Source: Alkanindiges sp. WGS2144
GTDB taxonomy: Bacteria; Pseudomonadota; Gammaproteobacteria; Pseudomonadales; Moraxellaceae
Length of the DNA stretch: 32,000 nt
Strand: one strand, 5' to 3'
Assembly (NCBI RefSeq): GCF_043950625.1
Contig: NZ_CP171007.1
Made by a program: the position numbers and the translations under genes. Shown piece after piece: positions 18,887 through 26,203 of the stretch; position 1 is the stretch's first letter, and the number at the start of each line of letters is the position of its first letter. A model generated the notes under the pieces. It saw only the letters and a list, made by a program, of their open reading frames with translations, did no database searches and was not told where the DNA came from.

Positions 18887-19018
18887 TTACTGGTAGGCAA
18901 ACTGGGCAAAAAAGCGAAATATTCCAGCAATCAGTGTGATACTGACTACACCCAGCAACCATAACCCGAAAAACCATAATAGTTGCCGTGTCTTGCTAGA
19001 TTCAACAGGTTTAGCCAT
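18887..19018 (-). CDS. Small membrane protein downstream of cydB (DUF2474-like, cyd/cio-operon-associated)
   Basis: Found by manual translation, because it is below the track's size cutoff: MAKPVESSKTRQLLWFFGLWLLGVVSITLIAGIFRFFAQFAYQ* (43 aa, one TM helix). GGAG lies 8 nt upstream of the ATG and overlaps the cydB stop. Small TM peptides in this position are typical of cioAB-type operons. Confidence 0.55.
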   Translation of the reverse strand: MAKPVESSKTRQLLWFFGLWLLGVVSITLIAGIFRFFAQFAYQ

Positions 19019-19029
19019 AAGATGAGCTC

Positions 19030-20034
19030 CTAGTGATAACCGTCGCTGCCCACATGGATTTTGCCGCGAAACACCCAGTACGACAGTGCGGTATAGGCCA
19101 GAATGATCGGGATTAAAATCACCGCACCCACCAGGGTAAATAACTGACTGCTACGTGGCGCTGCAGCATCCCAGATAGTGATGCTGGGTGGAATAATCAT
19201 GGGCCACAAACTAATGATAAAGCCGCTAAATGCCATAAAGAACATAAACAGGGCATATAAAAACGGCCGCGCTTGTTGCTGTTTTTTACAGGCTTGCCAG
19301 ATGGCATAGGTGCTCCACAATACCAGTACAGGCACCGGTAGGAAATAAACGAACTGCGGCATGCTAAACCAGCGCTCGGCAATAGCAGGATGCGTGAGCG
19401 GCGTCCATATACTCACCATGGCAAAAATGACCAGCATGGCCAGACCCAGTTTGGGCATTAGCCGATACATGCCAGCCTGCAAGTCATCACTGGTTTTTAA
19501 AATCAGCCAGCCGCAGCCCAGGGCAGCATAGGCCACCAGAACGCCCAACCCGGTAAATACCGAAAATGGTGTGAGCCAGTCAAACGCACCGCCCGAAAAG
19601 CGTTGGTCGACAATGGTAATGCCCTGAATATAAGCGCCTAAAATAATGCCCTGTAACAGTGCAGTGATAATAGAACCCCAGATAAAGGCCATATCCCACC
19701 AGTGTTTGGTTCGATTGGCCTTAAAACGAAACTCAAAGGCCACCCCGCGAAAAATCAGCGCAATCACCATTAAAATAATAGGCATATATAAGGCAGAGAG
19801 CACCGCCGAATACACCAATGGAAAAGCTGCAAACAAACCGGCACCGCCCAGCACCATCCAGGTTTCGTTACCATCCCACACAGGCGCTACGGTGTTCATC
19901 ATTACGTCGCGTTCTGGCTGGTTGGGGAAAAATGGAAATAAAATTCCAATGCCCAGATCAAAGCCATCCATAACCACATACATCAGCACGCCAAAGGCAA
20001 TAATACCTGCCCAGATTAAGGATAAATCCAGCAT
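19030..20034 (-). CDS. cydB: Cytochrome bd-type ubiquinol oxidase subunit II (CioB-like)
   Basis: A 334-aa polytopic protein with the N-terminus MLDLSLIWAGIIAFGVLMYVVMDGFDLGIGILFPF and WDGNETWMVLGG. It sits directly after subunit I with a 2-nt gap. The size matches the CioB subgroup rather than E. coli CydB. Confidence 0.92.
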   Translation of the reverse strand: MLDLSLIWAGIIAFGVLMYVVMDGFDLGIGILFPFFPNQPERDVMMNTVAPVWDGNETWMVLGGAGLFAAFPLVYSAVLSALYMPIILMVIALIFRGVAFEFRFKANRTKHWWDMAFIWGSIITALLQGIILGAYIQGITIVDQRFSGGAFDWLTPFSVFTGLGVLVAYAALGCGWLILKTSDDLQAGMYRLMPKLGLAMLVIFAMVSIWTPLTHPAIAERWFSMPQFVYFLPVPVLVLWSTYAIWQACKKQQQARPFLYALFMFFMAFSGFIISLWPMIIPPSITIWDAAAPRSSQLFTLVGAVILIPIILAYTALSYWVFRGKIHVGSDGYH

Positions 20035-20036
20035 GG

Positions 20037-21491
20037 TTAGCGCTCCTCATCATTGGCTAATGGATGTGATTGATGATTTTCTACGGGTGCATCATCGGCA
20101 TTGGCACCAGACAGCGGACGCATGGGGGTTTTAAAATGCCCCACGCCGCCGGTTTGCATATCCTGACTACTGGGGTGCGGCCCTTGTTTCATCAGCTTGA
20201 GCATGTAATAAATTCCAATACCGAATACCACAAAATACACCAGCACAAACACAATCAGCGTGAACCCGACCTGTTCGGCGCTCACGGGTGACAGGGCATC
20301 CTTGGTACGCATTACCCCATAAATGACCCAGGGTTGACGACCAACCTCGGTGGTAAACCAGCCTGCCAGCAAGGTCACAAAGCCACTGCCGCCCATTGCA
20401 ATAGCAAAGCGCTGAAATGCCTTGCTGTCATATAAACGTCCGGTTTTACGCAGGCATACACTGATAACTCCCAGTAAAATCATCAGCACACCCAGACCCA
20501 CCATGATGCGAAAACTCCAGAACACAATCAAGCTATTGGGGCGGTCTTCGGGTGCAAATTCCTTTAGACCCTGAACTTCCCCGTCCAGTGAATGCGCGAG
20601 TAACAGGCTGCCCAGATAAGGCACGCCCAGCGCATACTTGGTTTCTTCGGCTTGCATATCGGGAATGCCAAACAACAGCAATTCCATGGGCTTATCCTTG
20701 TTGGTTTCCCAATGGCCTTCAATCGCTGCCAGTTTGGCCGGCTGATGCTTTAGGGTGTTTAAGCCATGAAAATCACCAATGACGGCCTGTAGCGGCGCCA
20801 GTACCACAATCATCCATAAGGCCATGGAAAAGGTCTTTTTGATGAGTGGGTCGCGTCGTCCTTTGAGCAAATGCCAGCCACCAGTTGCAGCCACCAACAG
20901 CGCAGAGACCAAAAAGGCTGCCATGCCCATATGTGCCAGACGGTATAAAAAAGATGGATTAAAGACAATGGCCCACCAGTCCAGCGGAACCACACGGCCA
21001 TCTTCAATGGCAAAGCCCTGTGGTGTTTGCATCCAGCTGTTACTGGACAAAATCCAGAACATGGAAATACAAGTGCCAACTGCCACCATCAATGTGGAAA
21101 AAAAGTGCAGCCTTGGCCCAACCCGGTTCCAGCCAAACAGCATGATTCCCAGAAAACCTGCTTCCAGAAAAAAGGCGGTCATGACTTCATAGGTGAGCAA
21201 GGGGCCAGTGACTGCGCCAGCAAACCGTGAAAATTCACTCCAGTTGGTGCCAAACTGATAGCTCATCACCACACCGGAAACCACGCCCATACCAAAGGCC
21301 AGTGCAAAAATCTTGATCCAGAAAAAGTACAGGTCGCGGTAGACAGTATTACGGGTTTTTAGCCACGCTGCCTCCAGCACTGCCAGAAAACTGGCTAAGC
21401 CAATGGATATGGCCGGAAAAATAATATGAAAGGATACTGTAAAGGCAAACTGTATCCGTGCCAGCTCTAATGCCGTTAGGCCCAAAGTCAT
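20037..21491 (-). CDS. cydA: Cytochrome bd-type ubiquinol oxidase subunit I (CioA-like, short Q-loop)
   Basis: From the ATG at 21491 (RBS GAGGAG 6 nt upstream), MTLGLTALELARIQFAFTVSFHIIFPAISIGL is the canonical CydA N-terminus. The conserved GWFTTEVGRQPW is present. The 484 aa length is close to P. aeruginosa CioA. The track's 50-codon upstream extension is AT-rich and non-conserved. Confidence 0.92.
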   Translation of the reverse strand: MTLGLTALELARIQFAFTVSFHIIFPAISIGLASFLAVLEAAWLKTRNTVYRDLYFFWIKIFALAFGMGVVSGVVMSYQFGTNWSEFSRFAGAVTGPLLTYEVMTAFFLEAGFLGIMLFGWNRVGPRLHFFSTLMVAVGTCISMFWILSSNSWMQTPQGFAIEDGRVVPLDWWAIVFNPSFLYRLAHMGMAAFLVSALLVAATGGWHLLKGRRDPLIKKTFSMALWMIVVLAPLQAVIGDFHGLNTLKHQPAKLAAIEGHWETNKDKPMELLLFGIPDMQAEETKYALGVPYLGSLLLAHSLDGEVQGLKEFAPEDRPNSLIVFWSFRIMVGLGVLMILLGVISVCLRKTGRLYDSKAFQRFAIAMGGSGFVTLLAGWFTTEVGRQPWVIYGVMRTKDALSPVSAEQVGFTLIVFVLVYFVVFGIGIYYMLKLMKQGPHPSSQDMQTGGVGHFKTPMRPLSGANADDAPVENHQSHPLANDEER

Positions 21492-21511
21492 GGACGTCTC
21501 CTCAAGTAAAA

Positions 21512-21553
21512 TCAATATCGCAATAAAAACCGGTGATTTGATTGCGATATTGA
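21512..21553 (-). promoter_or_regulatory. Perfect 13-bp inverted repeat in the cydA 5' region (candidate operator or leader hairpin)
   Basis: TCAATATCGCAAT (21512-21524) and ATTGCGATATTGA (21541-21553) are exact reverse complements separated by 16 nt. On the cydA-sense strand the hairpin is followed by TTTTACTTGAGGAGACGTCCATG, which is a U-run, then the RBS, then the start codon. Confidence 0.35.
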
Positions 21554-21757
21554 CCCTTACTTTATGGTTGCTGTGTTTATAATGATTTAATTTGATCTCT
21601 AATATATTAAAAATACAACAAGAAAGCCAATTATTAGCCATAGCAGATAGAATAAATAAAAACGGATCAGATTAATTAAATACAGACCATGCTTAAAAAT
21701 GGACAAATATTTTTTTAGGAGTAAACTAGACCAGAATTAATCTGCCTTGAGTTTATT

Positions 21758-22258
21758 GTGCAGCTACGGCATGTTGGCTTAATGCTGGGTCTAATGGCCT
21801 GGTGCATGCAGCTGGTGGTATTTGTTCAGCCATTTTTACCAGGCCATACTGTGCCTGGTTTTGGTGTTTGCCAGACAATTATCGATGTATTTAAGCCTTC
21901 TGTGGTAGCCAGCGAAAAGAATAAGCAGCACTCATTAGCTATAAATAAAAATAATAGTCATGAAAAACATGATATTGGCGTTAACTCTACTTTTGTTTCC
22001 CTGGTTGATAGTAGCCAGCTACAGCAGGCTACGGCGCTCCCTGTTCATACGGTTGATCATTATTTTAGCCATCTGTCCTGCGGTTTTTGTACCCTGTATG
22101 GCCATGCCATACCACCGCCTGCCTTACAGCCATTGTGGCTGACTGCGATTTTTTCTGACTATATTTCTGTCACGTATTTTTCTGAACAGACAAACTTTGC
22201 TCTAGCCCCTGCATATTTAAAACCAAAAAGCCGTGCCCCACCGCATTATATTATTTGA
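21758..22258 (+). CDS. DUF2946-like protein (companion of TonB-dependent copper receptors)
   Basis: A 166-aa ORF with an N-terminal hydrophobic segment (LMLGLMAWCMQLVVFV) and a C-terminal His/Cys motif (HYFSHLSCGFCTLYGH). It lies immediately upstream of, and co-oriented with, the copper receptor. That is where I recall DUF2946 genes being found. Confidence 0.5.
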   Translation: MQLRHVGLMLGLMAWCMQLVVFVQPFLPGHTVPGFGVCQTIIDVFKPSVVASEKNKQHSLAINKNNSHEKHDIGVNSTFVSLVDSSQLQQATALPVHTVDHYFSHLSCGFCTLYGHAIPPPALQPLWLTAIFSDYISVTYFSEQTNFALAPAYLKPKSRAPPHYII

Positions 22259-22343
22259 ATCATATTAATGAAGTTAGATTTATTCATTGCTATTTATTTT
22301 TAAAATAAATGGTTGAAATATTGTATTGCCTGTTTTTGGATTA

Positions 22344-24542
22344 ATGATGAAAGTTTTAAACAACGCAGTGCTGAGTCATTTTGTTTTAAGTCGCCCGGAT
22401 TTAAGAAAATCTTATATTGCAGTAGCGGTTATGACGGTGCTACAGGGTGGACTTTATGGCAATCTGGCCTATGCAGCAGAGAAGGCCAGTAGTACCGCCG
22501 CCGTTCCGGATTGCCAGCACCACCAGAATGGGCAGCCGTGTACGCTTGCACCCATTGTGATTACAGCCAGCGCACCGGATGCCGGACAGGCCTATTTGAT
22601 CAAGGCCAATCCAAAGCAGCCGATACAGCCAGTACCAGCAACTGACGGTGCTGACTATCTCAAGCATATTGCCGGATTTAATGCCATCCGTAATGGGGGT
22701 ACCAATGGCGATCCAGTATTTCGTGGCATGTTTGGTTCACGTCTGAAAATTTTAAATAATGGTGCAGAAATGCTTGGCGCCTGTCCTGCCCGTATGGATG
22801 CACCGACCTCTTATATTTCACCCCAGAATTTTGATGAAATAACCGTAGTGAAAGGCCCACAAAGCGTGATTTGGGGCGCGGCTTCGGCAGCAACTGTCAA
22901 CTTTGCCCGCCAGCCTGAACATTTTGATGAGACAAGTATCAAGGCGCAAGGTAGCGTGATGGCTGCATCCAATCATCGTGTTGACAGTGACGTTGAAACT
23001 CTGCTGGGCAGTGCGCTGGGTGCTATCCGTTTCAATGCCAATACCTCAGAGTCGGATGATTATAAGGATGGTAATGGCAATAAAGTGCCCGCCAAATGGC
23101 GCAAATGGAATGCCGATATGAGTGCCAGCTATACACCCACCGATGATACCTGGCTGGAGTTAAGTGCCGGTAAAGGAGATGGGGAAGCACGCTATGCTGG
23201 CCGTGGTATGGATGGCAGTCAGTTTTTGCGTGAAAGCGTGGGCTTGCGTTTTGAGCAAAACAACCTGTCTGATGTGCTGCAAAAACTGGAAGGGCAAGTG
23301 AACTATAACAATGCCAACCATATTATGGACAATTTTACTTTGCGTGAGCCTACAGCCATGGATATGGGTGGTCATGGACACGATACCATGAACGATATGG
23401 ATCATGGCATGGCTATGGATCACGATATGGATATGTCGATGGATCCGGCCATGGCGATGCAACTGGTCAGAAAAACCATCAGTGGCCGGCTGGCTGTTAC
23501 CTTAAACTGGCAGGATTATGAGCTGATTACTGGTTTTGACGCCAGCCAGAATGACCATAAAGGCCGTATGGGCGGACAATATACCTATAAGGATGCGACC
23601 TGGAACAAGGATGCAGGATTTAACCATATTGGTGTGTTTGGTGAGTTAAGCAAGCCGCTGGATGCGCAGAACAAACTGATTTCCGGTTTGCGGCTTGATC
23701 GCAGCCGTGTCAAGGATTACCGCAGTGATGAGCCTTCAGCTTTACAAACCCGCAAGGAAACCCTGCCCAGTGCCTTTGTTCGTCTGGAAAACCAGTGGCC
23801 GCAGCAGGCAATTAATAGCTATATTGGTGTTGGCTATGTTGACCGCATGCCGGATTACTGGGAACTGTTCAGTCCGGTGCATGCCGGAGATACCAATGCG
23901 TTTTTGGGTGTAGACAGTGAAAAAACCACGCAACTGGATATGGGGCTGACTCATCAGGCAGGTCCATGGACAAACTGGGCATCGGTGTATGCTGGCCGTA
24001 TCAATGGCTATATTCTAATGAGCTATCATCATCATGAAGGTCATAGCGGCAATACCGCAGGTGCCAAAAATGTTGATGCGACTATTGCCGGTGCAGAGGC
24101 CGGTACAACCTATAAATTCAATAATTTCATGACTGCTGACTTTAGTCTGGCCTATGCCTGGGGGCGTAATAATACCGATAAGGCACCCCTGCCGCAGATT
24201 GTGCCGCTGGATGCACGCCTGGGGTTAAGCTATCAGCAAGATCAGTTCAGTGTAGGCACCTTATTGCGCATGGTGGCACCACAGAACCGCATTGCCCTTA
24301 ATCAGGGAAATATCGTGGGCTATGATCTGGGTAAAAGCAAAGGATTTGCCGTGTTCTCCGTCAATGCAGCCTACCAGATCAATTCCTTGCTCAACATGAG
24401 TGCTGGCGTGGATAACCTGTTTGACAATGCGTATAGAGAGCATTTAAACAAGGCGGGCAATAGTGCGTTTGGCTATGCAGCAACAGAGCAGTTTAATGAA
24501 ATGGGCAGGAATTTCTGGGTGAAGCTCAGTGTTGAGTACTAA
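22344..24542 (+). CDS. oprC: TonB-dependent copper receptor (OprC/NosA family)
   Basis: There is a signal peptide ending AYA|AEK, a TonB-box-like APIVITAS, and a plug region NGGTNGDPVFRGMFGSRLKILNNGAEMLGACPARMDAPTSYI containing CxxxM. An HxM (NHIMD) lies later, matching the CxxxM-HxM copper site described for P. aeruginosa OprC. The C-terminus has the beta-barrel ending FWVKLSVEY. ATG 22344 is preferred over the track's TTG 22326. Confidence 0.85.
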   Translation: MMKVLNNAVLSHFVLSRPDLRKSYIAVAVMTVLQGGLYGNLAYAAEKASSTAAVPDCQHHQNGQPCTLAPIVITASAPDAGQAYLIKANPKQPIQPVPATDGADYLKHIAGFNAIRNGGTNGDPVFRGMFGSRLKILNNGAEMLGACPARMDAPTSYISPQNFDEITVVKGPQSVIWGAASAATVNFARQPEHFDETSIKAQGSVMAASNHRVDSDVETLLGSALGAIRFNANTSESDDYKDGNGNKVPAKWRKWNADMSASYTPTDDTWLELSAGKGDGEARYAGRGMDGSQFLRESVGLRFEQNNLSDVLQKLEGQVNYNNANHIMDNFTLREPTAMDMGGHGHDTMNDMDHGMAMDHDMDMSMDPAMAMQLVRKTISGRLAVTLNWQDYELITGFDASQNDHKGRMGGQYTYKDATWNKDAGFNHIGVFGELSKPLDAQNKLISGLRLDRSRVKDYRSDEPSALQTRKETLPSAFVRLENQWPQQAINSYIGVGYVDRMPDYWELFSPVHAGDTNAFLGVDSEKTTQLDMGLTHQAGPWTNWASVYAGRINGYILMSYHHHEGHSGNTAGAKNVDATIAGAEAGTTYKFNNFMTADFSLAYAWGRNNTDKAPLPQIVPLDARLGLSYQQDQFSVGTLLRMVAPQNRIALNQGNIVGYDLGKSKGFAVFSVNAAYQINSLLNMSAGVDNLFDNAYREHLNKAGNSAFGYAATEQFNEMGRNFWVKLSVEY

Positions 24543-24899
24543 AATGTACTGGTCGCACTGCTGTTTGATCAGGTGGCAGGGCAAACCCTGCTGCCGGCCA
24601 CCAGTCCTAAAAAAGTAGATGCAAAAGCCCTATGTTTAAAATGCTTAAAAAAACAGCGTTAAATCAGTATAAAATTTGATAAACAAAGGTCTTGTAACCC
24701 TGCCTAAATCCGGGCACAATCCGCGTTTTATTGCGCTGCATGATTGTGCCTGGGTGTACGGCAGCGTGTTAAGTTCGTTAAATGATTCGTTTGTACTATG
24801 TTGTTTTGCTTGTAGCTCTACTGCAAAGTCGACATAGTGGAAAAATCTCTTCGCGGCCTAACCATTGGCTACTATTTGTTTTTCTTATCGCCGAGTTAA

Positions 24900-26075
24900 A
24901 TGCCCATGCGCCTTGAAAACTACTGTTCACCCGAAGAATGGTCAAAAATCCAGGAATTTTCCAAAGACAAGGAAACCCCGTTTTTGGTAGTGGATCTGGA
25001 AATTATTCGCCAGAAATTTCAGGAACTGGCTACCTGTTTTCCGAGTGCCAAGGTGCATTATGCACTTAAGGCCAATCCGGGCGTGCCAGTGGTTAATTTG
25101 CTGCGCGATCTGGGTTCCAACTTCGACGTGGCCTCTATTTTTGAGCTTAACCGTGTGCTGGAGTGCGGGGTAGAACCGGAGCGTATTTCTTACGGCAACA
25201 CCATCAAAAAAGCGGCGCATGTCAAATACGCTTATGATAAAGGCATCCGTTTGTTTGCTACCGATTCTAAAGCTGACTTGCAAAATATTGCCGAGCAGGC
25301 GCCAGGTTCCAAAATTTTTGTACGCATTTTGGTAGAAGGTGGTGAAACTGCCGAGTGGCCACTGTCACGCAAGTTTGGTTGCCATCCGGACATGGCCATT
25401 GACCTATTGGTAAAAGCCAAAAATCTGGGATTAGACCCGTATGGCATTTCCTTCCATGTGGGTAGCCAGCAAAAAGACATTGCGGTATGGGATGCGGCCT
25501 TATCCAAGGTCAAATATATGTTTGACTGGATGAAGTTTGAAGAAGGTATCAGCTTAAAGATGATTAATATGGGCGGCGGTTTTCCGGCCAACTATATTTC
25601 TGAGGTGAACCCGATCCAGATTTATGCTGAAGAAATCCTGCGTTACCTGCATGATGACTACGGTGATGACCTGCCGGAAATTATTTTAGAGCCAGGCCGT
25701 TCACTGGTCGGTGAATCCGGTGTGCTGGTATCAGAAGTGGTGCTGATTTCACGTAAATCACGGACTGACCTAAACCGCTGGGTATATCTGGATGTGGGCT
25801 TATTCCAGGGGTTGATTGAAACACTGGGTGAATCAATCAAATATCCGGTATATACCCCAAAAATGGAGGAGAGAAGCCCGGAAGGTACCGTGGTACTGGC
25901 AGGCCCAACCTGTGACTCCACCGATATCATGTATGAAAATTCGCATTATCAGCTGCCTTTAAATCTGGCTGTAGGTGATCGTATTTACTGGCTGACCACC
26001 GGCGCTTATACCAACTCGTATTCTTCAGTGGAATTCAATGGCTTTCCGCCTTTGGCCACTTATTATCTGGATTAA
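24900..26075 (+). CDS. Type III PLP-dependent (alanine-racemase-fold) ornithine/lysine decarboxylase
   Basis: Motifs VHYALKANP (PLP lysine), MGGGFP, LEPGRSLVG and GPTCDSTD are present. The length of 391 aa is comparable to the eukaryote-like ODC/SpeC of Pseudomonas. ATG 24906 is an alternative start. Confidence 0.85.
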   Translation: MPMRLENYCSPEEWSKIQEFSKDKETPFLVVDLEIIRQKFQELATCFPSAKVHYALKANPGVPVVNLLRDLGSNFDVASIFELNRVLECGVEPERISYGNTIKKAAHVKYAYDKGIRLFATDSKADLQNIAEQAPGSKIFVRILVEGGETAEWPLSRKFGCHPDMAIDLLVKAKNLGLDPYGISFHVGSQQKDIAVWDAALSKVKYMFDWMKFEEGISLKMINMGGGFPANYISEVNPIQIYAEEILRYLHDDYGDDLPEIILEPGRSLVGESGVLVSEVVLISRKSRTDLNRWVYLDVGLFQGLIETLGESIKYPVYTPKMEERSPEGTVVLAGPTCDSTDIMYENSHYQLPLNLAVGDRIYWLTTGAYTNSYSSVEFNGFPPLATYYLD

Positions 26076-26092
26076 ATTCCATCTGGAACGAC

Positions 26093-26122
26093 AAAAACCG
26101 TATCTATTGATGCGGTTTTTTT
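26093..26122 (+). terminator. Rho-independent terminator after the decarboxylase gene
   Basis: AAAAACCGTATC-TATT-GATGCGGTTTTTTT forms an 8-bp stem (one G-U pair) with a 4-nt loop, followed by a T-run. It starts 18 nt after the stop codon. Confidence 0.65.
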
Positions 26123-26203
26123 ATCAATTGCAGAAAAATTAAAGTAATTACTCTAAAAATTAGGCATACTTTTTAAGTTAAAAAAACAGCAAGGATGTTG
26201 ATC

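Noticed and set aside
21492-21641. A 50-codon N-terminal extension of CydA in the track ORF (MANNWLSCCIFNILEIKLNHYKH...).
   Set aside because: The extension is AT-rich and low-complexity and precedes the canonical CydA N-terminus. The internal ATG at 21491 has a strong GAGGAG RBS. The extension also runs through the 13-bp inverted repeat.
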